Below are positions 1-13,928 of a stretch of 64,000 nt of DNA, one piece after another. The stretch comes from Felis catus. Taxonomy: Eukaryota. Location: NCBI RefSeq assembly GCF_018350175.1, contig NC_058368.1, forward strand, positions 131,070,001-131,134,000, read 5' to 3'. Both the position numbers and the translations under genes were made by a program. The first letter of the stretch is position 1; every line of letters begins with the position of its first letter. The notes under the pieces are model-generated. The model ran no database searches and was not told the DNA's origin. It was given only the letters and a program-made list of their open reading frames with translations.

Positions 1-75
1 AAAAGAATTTGTGACCACTAAACCAGCCCGGCAAGAAAGTTTAAGGGGGACTCTCTGAGGGGAGAAAAAAATTAA

Positions 76-110
76 ATACATACATACATACATACATACA
101 TACATACATA
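76..110 (+). repeat. (TACA)n microsatellite in L1 inter-ORF spacer
   Basis: Direct reading; the paralogous spacer at ~51368-51390 is (TAAA)n. Confidence 0.95.
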
Positions 111-178
111 CCAAAAGCAACAAAGATTAAAAATGACCAGAGAACACCACCAGAAATTCCAACTCTATAAGCAACATA

Positions 179-3100
179 ATGGCAATAAATTCATATCTTT
201 CAGTACTTACTCTAAACGTCAATGGACTCAATGCTCCAACCAAAAGACATAGGGTAACAGAATGGATAAGAAAACAAGATCCATCTATATGTTATTTACA
301 AGAGACCCACTTTAGACCTAAAGAGACCTACAGATTGATAAGGGGATGGAGAAGCATCTATCATGCTAATGGTCAACAAAAGAAAGGCGGGGTAGCAATA
401 CTTGTATCAGACGATCCAGACTTTAAAATAAAACTGTATCAAGAGATGCAGAAGGGCATTATATCATAATTAAGGGGTCTATCCACCAAAAAGACCTAAT
501 AATTGTAAACATTTATGCTCCAAATGTGGGAAAACCCCAAATGTATAAGTCAATTAATCACAAATATAAAGAAACTCCTTGATAATAATACCATAATAGT
601 AGGAGACTTCAACACCCCACTCACAGCAATGGACAGATCATCTAATCAGAACACCAACAAGGAAACAATGGCTTTGAATGACACACTGGACCATATGGAC
701 TTAACAGACAGACTCAGAACATTTCATCCCAAAGCAATGGAATACACATTCTTCTTCAGTGCACATGGAACGTTCTCCAGAATAGACCACATACTGGGAC
801 ACAAATCAGCCCTCAACAAGTATAAAAAGACTGAGATCATACCATGTATATTTTCAGACCACAACACTATGAAACTCGAAATCAACCACAAGAAAAATAT
901 TGGAAAGGTAACAAATACTTGGAGACTAAAGAACATCCTATTAAAGAATGAATGGGCTAACCAAGAAGTTAGAGAGGAAATTAAAAAGTATATGGAAGTC
1001 AATGAAAATGATAATACCACAGCCCAAAACCTCAGGGATGCAGCAAAGGTGGTCATAAGAGGAAAATATATAGCAATCCAGGCCTTCCAAAAGAAGGAAG
1101 AAAGGTCTCAGATACACAACCTAACCTTATGCCTTAAAGAGCTGGAAAAAGAACAGCACATAAAACCCCAAACCAGCAGAAGACAGGAAATAATAAAGAT
1201 TAGAGCAGAAATTAATGCTATCGAAACCAAAAAAAACAGTAGAACAGATCAATGAAACCAGAAGCTGGTTCTTCAAAAGAGTAAACAAAACTGATAAACC
1301 ACTAGCCAGGGTGATCAAAAAGAAAAAGAAAAGGATCCAAATAAATAAAATCAAGAATGAAAAGGGGATATCACAACCAACACAGAAGAAATAAAAACAA
1401 TAATCAGAGAATATTATGAACAATTATACGCCAATAAAATGGGCGATCTGGAAGAAATGGACAAATTCCTAGAAACACATAAACTACCAAAACTGAAACA
1501 GGAAGAAATAGAAAATTTGAACAGACCCATAACCAATAAGAAAATCAAATTAGTAATCAAAAACCTCCCAAAAAACAAGAGTCCAGGGCCAGATGGCTTT
1601 CCAGGGGAAGTCTACCAAATATTTAAGGAAGAGTTAACACCTATTCTCTTGAAGCTGTTCCAAAAAATAGACATGGAAGGAAAACTTCCAAACTCTTTCT
1701 ATGAAGCCAACATTACCTTGATTCCAAAACCAGTAATCCCACTAAAAAGGAGAACTACAGACCAATTTCCCTGATGAAAATGGATGCAAAAATTCTCAAC
1801 AAGATATTAGCCAACCAGCTCCAACAATACATTAAAACAATTACTCACCACAACCAAGTGGCATTTATACCTGGGATGCAGGGCTGGTTCAATAACCACA
1901 AAACAATAAATGTGATTCATCACATCAATAAAAGAAAGGACAAGGACCATATGATCCTCTCAATAGATGCAGAGAAAGCATTTGACAAAATACAGCATCC
2001 TTTTTGATAAAAATCCTCAAGAAAGTAGGGATAGAAGGAGCACACCTTGAGATCATAAAAGCCATACATGAAAGACCCAATGCTAAAACATCCTCAATGG
2101 GGAAAATCTGAGAGCTTTCCCCCTAAGGTCAGGAACAAGACAGGGATGTCCACTCTCACCACTGTTATTCAACATAGAATTGGAAGTCTTAGCCTCAGCA
2201 ATCAGACAATACAAAGAAATAAAAAGCATCCAAATCAGCCAGGAGGAGGTCAAACTTTCAATCTTCGTAGATGGCATGATACTCTATGTGGAAAACTCAA
2301 AAGATTCCACCAAAAAACTCCTAGAACTGATCCATGAAGTCAGCAAAGTTGCAGATATAAAATCAACACACAAAAATCAGTTGCATTCCTATACACCAAC
2401 AATGAAGTGACAGAAAGAGAAATCAAGGAATTGATCCCATTTACAGCTGCACCTAAAACCATAAAATACCTAGCAATAAATCTAATCAAAGAGGTGAAAA
2501 AACTATACACTGAAAACTATAGAAAGCTTATGAATGAAATTGAAGAAGACACAAAAAAATGGAAAAAGATAGGAAGATACAATACAGATAGGAAGAACAA
2601 ATATTGTTAAAATGTCGATACTGCCCAAAGCAATCTACATATTCAATGCAATTCCTATCAAAGTAACACCAGCATTCTTCACAGAGCTAGAACAAATAAT
2701 CCTAAAATTTGCATGGAACCAGAAAAGACCCCGAATGGCCAAAGTGATCTTGAAACAGAAAACCAAAGCAGGAGCCATCACAATCCCAGACTTCAAGCTA
2801 CACTACAAAGCTGTAATCATCAAAACAGTATGGTACTGGCACAAGAACAGACACTGGGATCAATGGAACAGAAGAGAGAACCCAGAAATGGACCCACAAA
2901 TGTATGGCCAACTAATCTTTGACAAAGCTGGAAAGAATATCCAATGGAATAAAGACAGTCTCTTCAGCAAGTTATGCTGGGAAAACTGGACAGCGACATA
3001 CAGAAGAATGAACGTGGACTACTTTCTTACATCATACACAAAAATAAACTCAAAATGGATGAAAGACCTCAATGTAAGACAAGAAGCCATCAAAATCCTC

Positions 3101-4030
3101 GAGAAGAAAGCAGGCAAAAACCTCTTGGATTTTGGCCACAGCAACTTCTTACTCAACACATCTCTGGAGGCAAGGGAAACAAAAGCAAAAATGAACTACT
3201 AGGACCTCATCAAAATAAAAACTTCTGCACAGCGAAGGAAACAATCAGCAAAACTAAAAGGCAACCAACAGAATGGGAGAAGATATTTGCAAATGACATA
3301 TCAGATAAAGGGTTAGTATCCAAAATCTATAAAGAACTTATCAAACTCAACACCCAAAAAACAAATAATCCAGTGAAGAAATGGACAAAAGACATGAATA
3401 GACACTTCTCTAAGGAAGACATCCAGATGGCCAACTGACACATGTAAAGATGCTCAACATCACTCATCATCAGGGAAATACAAATGGAAACCACAATGAG
3501 ATACCACCTGACACCTGTCAGAATGGCTAACATTAACAACTCAGGCAACAACAGATGTTGGTGAGGATGCGGAGAAAGAGGATCTCTTTTGCATTGTTGG
3601 TGGGAATGCAAGCTGGTGTAGCCACTCTGGAAAACAGGATGGAGGTTCCTCAAAAAACTAAAATAGAACTACTATGACCCAGCAATTGCACTACTGGGTA
3701 TTTATCCAAGGGATACAGGTGTGCTGTTTCGAAGGGACATATGCACCCCAATGTTTATAGCGGCACCATCATCAATAGCCAAAGTATGGAAATAGCCCAA
3801 ATGTCCATCGATGGATGAATGGATAAAGAAGTGGTATATATACACAATGGAGTATTACTCGGCAATCAGAAAGAATGAAATCTTGTCATTTGTAACTACG
3901 TGGATGGAACTGGAGGATATTATGCTAAGCGAAACCAGTCAGAGAATAACAAATATCATATGAATTCACTCACACGAGGACTTTAAGAGACAAAACAGAT
4001 GAACATAAGGGAAGGGAAACAAAAATAATA
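179..4030 (+). pseudogene. L1 ORF2 (endonuclease/reverse transcriptase) remnant with many frameshifts and stops
   Basis: Successive ORF-track fragments in shifting frames (179-469, 515-1255, 1439-1774, 1774-2007, 2180-2410, 2612-3202, 2974-3438) tile canonical ORF2p; FADD catalytic motif reads FVDG at ~2264-2275. End coordinate approximate. Confidence 0.95.
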
Positions 4031-5452
4031 TAAAAACAGGGAGGGGGACAAAACAGAAGAGACTCATAAATATGGAGAACAAACTGAGGGTTGCTGGAGG
4101 GGTTGTGGGAGGGGGGATGGGCTAGCTAAAGGGGTAAGGGGCACTAAAGAATCTACTCCTGAAATCATTGTTGCACTATATGCTAACTAATTCGTATGTA
4201 AATTAAAAAATATATATATATATGAACCTAAAAATGTCATTGATGATTCAGCAATAAAATTTGGATTTGAAGTTTCTTATTATTATGTAGCACTATGTGA
4301 TATAAACTTACATTATCTTTTGAACATATCATGATAACTATAAATTACAGGTAAAATTTATTTAAATTTCAAAACAAAATAATGTAACAAATGCCCACAA
4401 AAATACCACACATTCAAAAACCAGAATGTGAGTCTGCCTGTGTGTTACTAATCTATGTCACCTTCCTATTGCCCCCTGGAAAGAAGTAAGAGCTATACTG
4501 AATTTTGTGTTCATGTCCTTCCTTTCCTTACAGAGTTTTATCACATATACAGGGAACCTAAATAATAAACTGTTTAGTTTCGCTTGATTTTGCGTTTTAT
4601 CAAAATGGTATTATACTGTGTAAAGTGCTCTGTCACTTGCGGGTTTCACTTCACATTATACTTCTAAGATTTATCTATGTTGAGTAAACTCGTTTCTATA
4701 AAATGTCTTAAAGTTTTCAAATGACTGTTATGTAACTTATCTCATTTGATTCACATAAAAATCTATTGGAAATTGGTAGATTAATGTAATTTTTGTTTCC
4801 TTCTACAACAATAGTATCAAAGACTATGCTGGCAACCACTAACAAATCCAGACTTTTAGCCAAGTCACCACATGCATCAAGACTGGCAGGTCGATATGGG
4901 CTCTGAGTCTTAACTCAAAGAGTAACGCTACAAACTTCCCATATCAGGGAATATGTCTGAATGCTTGTAACTGTGAATTTAGTTCCCATGTGGTACAGCT
5001 GTTACCACATTATATTAAGAAGAAAAAAAGTAAAATAAAAATGCGTCAATGGACTTTTCTTAGGACTTCCTGGAAATTCATCCTATTTCCATATGTATGG
5101 CACATAAATAACGCTTTGTGTTCATTCCAAAAAAAAAAAAAAAAAGAAGTATATGGGAGGAAAGATATTTCCAACTTAGGCAATCAGAAATGTGTTGCAG
5201 TTGCAAAATGTTGGTGAATTACTGTGACAGATATTTTCCCTTTACACTCAAAGTCTTGCACTTGATAGTTTAACGTATCTTGATTAAACTTTCTAGTTGT
5301 TTTCCTTTCCCAAGTTTTTCAAGTCCAGCAATTCTCTTAAACAACAACAACAACAATTCTTTAAACGTAGAAGATTTAACAAACTTGGAATTGTGTCCAA
5401 CTCTCCGATTGCCCTTCCATAGTATCTGCGTATTTAAAAAGAGATTTACATA

Positions 5453-5669
5453 GGAGCGCATGGGTGGCTCCGTTAGCTAAGCATCCGACTCTTGGTTTTG
5501 GCTCAGGTCATGATCTCAAGGTTTGTGTGCTCAAGCCCCACCTTGAGCTCTGTGCTGATGGCACGGAGCCTGCTTGAGATTCTGTCTCCCTCTCTCTCTG
5601 CCCCTCCCTTGCTCGCTCTCGGTCTCTAAATAAATAAATATTTAAAAAATTTAAAAATACATAAAAAAT
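5453..5669 (+). mobile_element. Can-SINE (tRNA-derived carnivore SINE)
   Basis: GGAGCGCATGGGTGGCTC head, CT-rich tract, A-tail; TSD aaaaagagatttacata (5436-5452) / aaaaagagatttatata (5670-5686). Confidence 0.95.
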
Positions 5670-6259
5670 AAAAAGAGATTTATATAACCTAAGACATAAA
5701 CAACTGCCAACAGGGGCCATGTGTTTTTAGAGCATCTTTACCATAGGATGTAGAAGACAATCCAGCAAATCCATTAGTGACACATCAGCTGAAAAATACT
5801 GAGGAACAATCAGAACATGTTATTAAACACATTCTATTGTACTCTGATTCTTCAGAGAACTCATCCATACTCGCTACTCCTACTACTCTGTGCAGATGTG
5901 TCTACCACCCCGTCCCCACCCAGGTGCAAAATGAGTCACTGATTTTCACTTGTCCAAAACTGAATATATGTCAGATAAAAGGAAAATCTCTAGGCTAAAA
6001 TGGGTTCCAATTAAAAAAAAATGCAATCATAAGGGAATCCACTTCAATTCTCTTCAGAAGAAAAGATTCAGCTGTTAATGACTAATGAAATTTCTTTTTT
6101 CATGTAGAAAAGAGGACATGTTGATATCCTATCTTGATGAATCTTCTAGGGCTGTTTCCCTCCTTCCTTTTTCCTGTAACCTGTTCCATGTCCCCCTCTT
6201 CACATTGGTATGTTTCTAAAATAAAATTTTAGAATTGGTATTGTTTCTAAAATGAAATC

Positions 6260-6382
6260 GGGGTACCTGGGTGGCTCAGTCAGCTAAATGTCTGACTCTT
6301 GATGTCAGCTCAGGTCATTATCTCAGAGTCATGAGATCGAGCCACGTGTCAGGCTCTGCACTGAGGTAGGAGCCTGCTTGAG

Positions 6383-6422
<40 letters not shown>

Positions 6423-6505
6423 CCCCCCTTCCTTCCCCATTCACAGGTGCTCAGTCTCTCTCCCCCTCTCTCTCTCAAAATAAATAAACTTTAAAAAATA
6501 TTAAT
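6260..6505 (+). mobile_element. Can-SINE
   Basis: GGGGTACCTGGGTGGCTCAG head, long (CT)n, AATAAA-rich tail; degenerate TSD taaaatgaaatc/taaaataaaatc. Confidence 0.93.
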
Positions 6506-6572
6506 AAAATAAAATCACGTGAAATGTTAATGTCAATTTTGTCTGTGTAGAAGTGAAACCTGCTGCCTTTTT

Positions 6573-7342
6573 TGTTTGTTTTTACTGCACGCTATCATTT
6601 TTTTTCAGAAATAGATTTTAGTGATTCATCACTTACATATAATACCCAGTGCTCATCCCAACAAATGTCCTCTTTAATGCCCATCACCCATTTAGCCCAT
6701 CCCTCTACTCAACACCTCTTTAGCAACAGTTTGTTCTCTGTATTTACAAGTCTCTTATGGTTTGCCTCCCTCTCTGTTTTTATCTTATTTTTCCTTCCCC
6801 TCCCTTATGTACATCTCTTTTGTTTCTTAAATTCCACATGAGTGAAATCATATTTCTCTTTCTCTGATTGACTTATTTTGCTTAGCATAATTGTGGAGTT
6901 ATGTCTAGAGAGTATATTGTAAGCCCTGGAGGGTGAATAGGGTGATAGCTGAAACATCAGCAATGTTCTGGTCTCAGGGCTGTCGAACGCGATAGCACTA
7001 TCAGATACAAAGCCCCACGATCCCCGAACGGACAGTTTAGGTGTTGTAACACCTGCTGTAATTCCCCGGCACTCCTTGAAACCACACGCACGCCCTTCAT
7101 GCCTTCAGGTAGCCACCAGACATATCTCTGGCTGATGTCTGAAGATCCTTTGTATTCTCTTTCCTTGCTTTGCTATTCTTTGATACTTCTATCTAATGAA
7201 ATATGAAATAAAGGCTATGTGCAGGCTCCTGATTCTGCTGCTCTCTCTCTCACAGAGGTAGTCCCACACTGTCTGGTGTCTGAGAGCCTTTTCTTCAGTG
7301 CGGCCACAATAACACACTCTAGTTTCATCCATGTTGTTGCAA
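6573..7342 (-). mobile_element. 5'-truncated carnivore L1 3'-end fragment, split by a solo LTR
   Basis: Antisense L1 3'UTR (tacccagtgctcatc..., ttaaattccacatgagtgaaatcata..., cttagcataat) resumes after the LTR (acactctagtttcatccatgttgttgcaa); flanking TSD tgctgccttttt (6561-6572) / tgctgccctttt (7343-7354). Confidence 0.88.
6892..7308 (+). mobile_element. Solo LTR (417 bp), family not identified
   Basis: Termini TGTGG...CCACA (inverted), 5-bp TSD ataat/ataac, AATAAA at ~7207, interrupts an otherwise contiguous L1 3'UTR. Confidence 0.8.
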
Positions 7343-7506
7343 TGCTGCCCTTTTAAAAAGGAGAGCGAGATGCTGTACTGTCATTCATTCATTCATACAA
7401 TAGAAATGTGTTAAACGTCTGTGTTGGGCACTGAGGATGCTTGATAAAGAAAGTAGTTAAGATTTCCTAAATTAATAGCACCCACAGTGTAACGGAAGCG
7501 CTAAGC

Positions 7507-7700
7507 CAGGGGTTGGCAAACTACGGCCCATGAGTTAAACCTGGCCCTCCATCTCTTTTTGTAAATAAAGTTTAGTTGGAAAATAGCCATGCTGACTTGC
7601 TAGAATAACTTACTTGAGCACTTGCAGTGGAGAAAAGATGACTCACAGTGCCAAAAATATCTATTCTCTGGCCCTTCATAAAAAAGTTTGCCAACCTTTG
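7507..7700. mobile_element. hAT-Charlie MITE, MER58A-like
   Basis: TIRs caggggttggcaaact ... agtttgccaacctttg; internal tttttgtaaataaagtt...ttggaa..agcca typical of MER58. Confidence 0.85.
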
Positions 7701-7954
7701 AGCTATACAATAAAGAAATAAACAATAAACATATCATTACACATGGTGATAGGCATTATGAAGAAAGCAAAATGTGTGACGGAAGAAAATGGGTTGGGGG
7801 AATAGAGCTGCTTGGAAACAGGGATCTTCCTCAGATGGTGACACTTAAGCTTGGGGATTAAATGGTGAGAGGAGGCAACAGGATAAAACACAAAAGAAAT
7901 GAGAAAACCAAGCAAGGAGAACAATATTTAAGGAAGTAACATTGTGCTTTGGAA

Positions 7955-8155
7955 CAGATCAGTTGAGTTAAAATCCTGTGTCCAACAGCTACTAGTGGAA
8001 TGGCTTCAGGGATCTCTTTGTGCCTTGGTTTCTTCATCCATACAATAGATCTAGGAACAGTCTGTATTTTGTTGTAAGTATAAATGTATTGATATACGTA
8101 CAGTGCTAAGGACAGTACCTTGTACATAATAAGCCTTCAAAAATATTAGTTACTG
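7955..8155 (+). mobile_element. MIR fragment
   Basis: Core-like ctctttgtgccttggtttcttcatc and 3' cagtgct..acagtacct..tacataataagc motifs. Confidence 0.65.
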
Positions 8156-8265
8156 CTATTGTTATTAATGTTAATCTTGCCACTATTATAATTGATAATC
8201 AAAACATTTTGTGACTAACAAGATCTTGGCATGATTAAGGAACCAATAAAAGAAAATTAATGATG

Positions 8266-8430
8266 GGGGAGCCTGTGTGGCTTAGTCAGTTAAGCATCTG
8301 ACTCTTGATTTCAGCTGAAGTCATGATATCACCATCATGAGATCAAGCCCCGCATGGGGCTCTGCACTGGACCTGGACCCTGCTTAAGGTTCTCTCTCCC
8401 TCTCTCTTTGCCCTTCCCCTGCCCATGCTT

Positions 8431-8471
<41 letters not shown>

Positions 8472-8497
8472 CTTTCAAAAATAAAAAAAAAGAAAGA
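8266..8497 (+). mobile_element. Can-SINE
   Basis: GGGGAGCCTGTGTGGCTTAG head, (CT)n, A-tail; TSD aaaagaaaatta(a)tgatgg on both sides. Confidence 0.93.
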
Positions 8498-8619
8498 AAA
8501 AGAAAATTATGATGGATTGAAGTAGACAAAAGGGAGAGAAACAGGAGAGGAGGTAGCAGGTGTAGACATGGTTCATAGTTAATTGGTTTTTGTTTTTTTT
8601 GTTTTTTTTTTTTTTTAGC

Positions 8620-9085
8620 ATAATGGGAAGTCACTGAAGGTTCTTAGGCATGAGAGTTGCTTATGTTTTGCAAAGAGCTCCTGATTGCTCATGGAGAATA
8701 CATTGAAAGAAGACAGGAGTAGAAGAGGGAAAACCAATTAGCCTAGTACTGGAGTAGTCCATATAAGAAATACCAATGTTCTACAAAAAGCCGTGGAGAT
8801 TAAGAAAACTGGATCAATTGAAGATATTTTTAGGAGGTACATTCAATAGAATTTGCCAATGGATTTAATATGGTTGGCGAAGAAGAACAAGGACTCAAAA
8901 ATGCTTGTAGACTTCTACTGTGAGCCACTAGGTGGATTATACTATTATTAGCAAAGACAAGAAAAAATGAGAATAAGAAGGCATGGGGGCGAAGTTGAGT
9001 TTTCAGCTTTGGATATTTTAGCTCAGCATTGCTTGTGTGGCGTCCAAATGGCATCCAAAAACTTAGTGGGATATCTGGATCTTAG
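8620..9085 (-). mobile_element. L2 fragment
   Basis: Degenerate antisense L2 motifs (gggaagtcactgaagg, agatatttttaggagg, gagttttcagctttgga). Confidence 0.6.
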
Positions 9086-9171
9086 TGGCCTATCACAAGA
9101 GGTTTATTTTGCTCTTTTGATACACATTTGATGTGGGGTAGAAGGAGTTCTGCTTATTGTACTCTCTCAGA

Positions 9172-9542
9172 GTGTTAGTCAGCTCAGGCTGCCATAACAA
9201 AATACCATACACCAGGTGGCTTGAACAACAGAAATTTATTTTCTCACAGTTCTGGAGGCTGGAAATCTGAGATCCCAGTGCCAGCACAGTCAGGTTCTGA
9301 TGAGAGCTTTCTTTCTGGCTCACAGGTGGCCACCTTCTCACTATTGTCTTCACATGGCAGAGAGAGAGAGAGAGAGTGCTCTGGTGTCTCTTTTAAGGAC
9401 GTTAATCCTGTCACATCATGGCCCACTCTTATGACCACATTTAAGCTTAATTCTTTCCTTATTCCAAATATAGTCACAGTGGGAGATTAGTGCTTCAATG
9501 TATAATTTTGGGGAGAAGGGAGACACAATTTAGTCCAAAGCA
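9172..9542 (-). mobile_element. MaLR LTR, MLT1A/B-like
   Basis: Hallmark ggctgccataacaaaatacca...aacaacagaaatttattttctcacagttctggaggctgg and terminal gacacaatttagtccaaagca. Confidence 0.88.
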
Positions 9543-9559
9543 TTCAAAGAACACGCTGA

Positions 9560-11620
9560 TTAAAGCTTAATTTTATGTCTGTTTCTACAATCATGGCAGC
9601 AGTGGGAAAAGACTATAACAGATCACAAATTAGTTTACAAAGCTTGTGTTGAGAAGTTACACACATCAATTCTTAACCACCAAAGGAGACAATCCAAAAA
9701 CCCAATTCATAAGTAGCATCAAGCTCAAAATTGAAGATCTATGGTGCTATGGTTTTACACCAGGTCCACACTTGGCTCCTCGTGATCTAGAAACAAAAGA
9801 AAATTTCTCTATCCCACCGCAATATGCAATGGTGGAAAAGGAATAGGAAAGCCTCAACAGGCATTTCCATTCAGAAAAAAAGAGAGAATGGGAAACATAC
9901 AGGAAATATTTGTCTCTGAAAAACCCAAAACCTCACTGGGCAGATATTTTTGAAAACACCCTATCATGGAGTTGAGGAATACTTCTTTTTTTTTTTTTTT
10001 TAAGTTTATTTGTTTATTTTGAGAGAGAGAGAGTGAGCGCGAGTGGGGAAGGGACAGAGAGATGGAAGAGAGAGAGAATCCCAAGCAGGCTCTGCACTGT
10101 CAGCACAGAGCCCAACCCAGGGCTCAAACTAACCAACAATGAGATCATGACCTGAGCCACAATGAAGAGTCAGGCACTTAGCCAACTGAGCCACCCAGTC
10201 ACCCTGAGGAATACTTCTAGATGGGCCCCAATCCTGACAGGGATTATTGTTCTCTATGGCCCATGACTCCACTGTTGGTGGGAGGTTCTTTTCCTCTGTC
10301 CTCCTTGGTTGTAGTTGAGATAAACATTGGATAGTGCATCTCTCAGGAGACAACAGCTTTATGAGACTGTTCCTGCCTGTACATGGTTGGTGGCTTTTAG
10401 TCGAGATTAGTGACTGTTTTCACATTAAATATTTAGGCATTTCTTTTTTATACACATTCCTTATTAATTTGATTCAAGTCAGATCCAGGTGCCATCAGCC
10501 ACACCTGCAGTTCAGACACACTTCTTAAATCTGCTAGTTTATTTTCTCTTTCCCTTGCCCTGTTCCTTCTTTCTAATTGATTGCTAGAAACATGGGTCAG
10601 TTCAGTTTTAGAGACAGCCATACCTTTCATGTCTTTTACTTAAACAATTTTGTCTTTTGAAAGACAAAAGGTTGGGTCCCACAACCTTAACTGAACCTTT
10701 CTTCTAAAACAGCTTAATCTACTCAGAGGTTTAAACAATGGTTGTGACAGCTCTACCTTTGATTTAACACTTGCCTAAGGCCATTGCAGTACGTCTTTGT
10801 TGTTCAAAGTCCTTTTCATTTGTATGTTTTATTGCTTGGGGTTACAAAGAAATTTCAGGGTCCATACCTGAAAGTCCCTGAATTTCTTTATTCCTATTTC
10901 CCTTTTTTTCTTGCAGAAGAAACAAACAAATAAACAAAAGTCTAATCTTTTTTAAGTTCATTGGTTTCTTACAGCACCCTGTTAAATGCAGTCAACAGTA
11001 ACCAAACTATGAATGTTCTATTTCCAGCCTCTTTTCCTCGAACTATAAATTCCTCGGATATATGATCTGCCTTCTGAATTATCACAGCAAGAGTTTTACC
11101 AAATTTTTTACACCATAATTTAACCCTTCCAGCCTCCAGGAACAGCTTCTCTGGTACCCCGGCCCTAAGTCAATGCCAAGTAGTTAGACTTCCTTTTCTG
11201 ACACCTCATGATTAATACCAATTTCAGTGTGAGGTAGTCTAGGCTATGCTATAATAATCAATCACCAGAAGAATCTTAGAGGCTTATTACAACCAAGTTT
11301 ACTGGAGGATCACAGTTTATGTCCAACATGGGAGGGCAGGATCGCTGTTTGTAGAAACATTGAGGGACTCTGAACTGATAGAGTACGCATTCTGATGCTT
11401 ACCTCCAAGATCACAGCAGTCTTGGAAAGACAGTGTCACCAATCGTGTTTAGGCTCTTAAAGCTTCCACCTGAAAGGGACACATGACATTTCTGCTCGCA
11501 CTTCATTGGCCAAAACAAATGACATGGCTACACCTCCCGTTAAAGGAGGTAAAGAAGGGAGATCCCACCATGTCCCCAAAAAGTTGATGATCTCAAATAT
11601 CTGTAAACATCACTAGTGAC
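9560..11620 (-). mobile_element. Old MaLR internal sequence plus adjoining MLT1J/K-like LTR (~11226-11620)
   Basis: MLT-int-like motifs ending at ..taccaatttcagtgt and followed by LTR-like ctaggctatgct..aataa..aatcttagaggctt..acaac and cacttcattggccaaa..tgacatggc. Boundaries approximate. Confidence 0.55.
9987..10204 (-). mobile_element. Can-SINE
   Basis: Antisense SINE with perfect 14-bp TSD tgaggaatacttct (9973-9986 / 10205-10218). Confidence 0.95.
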
Positions 11621-13928
11621 CATTGTCACAACTTCCTTTATTACAGACTTGCATCATTATTGACGTTCAGTGTGCAGCAGGTGCTCAACAAATGTTGAAT
11701 AAATCAGTGAAATAGGATTCAGTAAAAGGCTGATAATTCATTATGTACAATAATTAAAAGGGCAAAAAAATGTTGAGTTAGTGAACTATATTTAGTAGTT
11801 GCAAAGCTTCATACTAGTCACGGTATATCAGTTGTACTCTGACTCCAAATTGCAAACACTACACGTACATGCCCATATAGACGATAGATGTAAATAAAAT
11901 AAAAAATATTTATTTGTTGCAACCACATTTTCCTAAAAGGTAAGGGGAAAGTGCTCTAGTAAATTGAACTTGTAGTAAACTAAGTTTTAAACATAAAACC
12001 CATTTACTATTTTAGAAGAACTTTCCATTTTGTTTTGGTCAAACCTCTTGCCTTTAGTAGTGAATGTTATTTAATCTTTCGGTGCAACTGAGTGTGCTTC
12101 AGTGATTCAGTCATTATTCTAACTGGAAACATTTGCTGCACCAGACAGAAAACATAGAAGATTGGGAAGAATATGTTTGGATTTCCTACAACCTGAAACT
12201 CGTGCTTTAAAAAAATCTGTCATTTTTACAGTGTTTAGTACATAGTAGTAAATACACATTTATTTTCCTGCAAAAGTATAAAAGCCATTTGAATTGATTA
12301 ATTTGGCTATTTAGTATATTATTTGTAAGTATTAGTTATTTCTAAATGATGCATGCAATATATATGCATTATAAGTATTTGTAATACACAGAATTGTTAG
12401 AGAGCTTTTGAAATGATTCAGTTGGCCAAAGCCTCACAAACTTCATGAAAGCATTCTAAACTATCCATCTCTATTTAAATGTAAGCTTTCCGAGGTCAGG
12501 AGCTATTTTCTATTCAGTTTACTAACTTTCTTTTTGCAGTTAGTGCTTATTGTGTGTTTTTAAAAGTTTGGAAATTTTAAAAAGATACAAAGTTTCATAT
12601 TACATATGTATTACAGTTACTTTGACTCTCCCAGAATGGCTAATGTCTTGCACATAACGGGTATTTAACAAATGTTTGTTAGGCTTAATTCAAAAAAAGG
12701 TTTAGAAAGTGGAGGTACAGTTAGCTGGAAAGAGTAAGAAGTGTGGTATATTCTGACGACTGTAAGTAGGTTTTATAAAATGACCAACAATCAGAGATGA
12801 AGGGACTGGGTTTCATTTAATCCAACCACCTATCTCTTACTTAAAATCTCCCCTACAAAATCTCTACCACTTAGTTTCCCAGAGATGGGAAACTCTTCCT
12901 CTCTGAGGAATTTCTCTTCATCTCTAGAAGCAGATGAGAAAGCAGAAAGCAAAACACTGAGATTTTCAAGCACATAGAAAAAGTAGCAGTAAGGAAGGCA
13001 TTAATTGACCTAATCCAAAATGAGGAGTTAATATTTATAAGTACAAACTTTGCGATTTATTTTGCTCATGTTTTCCCTCCTTTATTTAGCAGAAAGAAAT
13101 TAACGTGCGGTACAGCTCAAATCAATATAACCGCTAGGCGCACCAAAGAGCACAGAAATAAATTACACAAGCATATTCTTGTATCATTAAGGAAGAGATG
13201 ATTTTAGATTTGACAAAATGCACTTCATTCTATAGTAAGGAAGTTGTTCCACGTGTAAAAGGAATGTTTGGCTTCAAGAGGAGCCAAACTCCTATTTCCC
13301 AACAATGTGGCTCTTATTTTTGTAACTAATTAAACCACAATTCATAAGCTGAATTTTTAAATTTAATTTTCTGAAATGATACCTAACCTATGAGAATAAC
13401 ACTTGCAAGTGAAAAGAAAATTCCCCTACTGGAGCACGATCAAACATTTTTTAAAATACAAAATATGCCACTCTGTATTTCCCTTCTCCAGCTGCACCAA
13501 CTCACTAGTGATAGTAAGGAGAATATAATTTATCTATTAACGCTGGGCCAGATTTACTGAAACCTCTCCCAGAGGCTGTTCTTCTCACCTAAAGTGAGGA
13601 CCTGGTTTTCGAAGAGGCAGAAACACCTCAAGGGAGCATTTCTCACTGCCAACCAAGATCCTGAAGCCAACCGCAAAATGGACCCGAGATGTTTTCTCAA
13701 TGGGAAACAGAAAGACAAATTTCATAAGCCTGAAGTTTAAATGGACGTCTCAGCCCAGCCATTTGAAACGAGCCGGGCTTCTTTTACCCTTTCATACATC
13801 AACATAATTGGCAAACTAGCGAGTCAGCTAGGCCACTACCAGTGAAGCGTATCCGTAAGTATTAACTTCCCAACATGAAAGGCTGAAATCCCCAACGCCT
13901 TCTCTGTGGCTTCCTTCAGCGTGCTTAC

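Larger units (their letters stand above)
1..4210 (+). mobile_element. LINE-1 (carnivore/felid type), 5' part outside window: end of ORF1, inter-ORF spacer, disrupted ORF2, 3'UTR, A/AT tail
   Basis: ORF1 end (..GTL* TGA at 56-58); ORF2 fragments with APE endonuclease motifs (TLNVNGLN, LQETH, GDFNTPL, SDHN), RT motifs ([23 protein letters not shown]) and C-terminal remnants; G-rich 3'UTR ~4090-4140; A-tail ~4200-4210. Confidence 0.98.

Noticed and set aside
179..4030. Active retrotransposon or novel RT system from the ORF2 fragments
   Set aside because: Ordinary L1 ORF2 with many frameshifts and stops; catalytic FADD reads FVDG in this copy.
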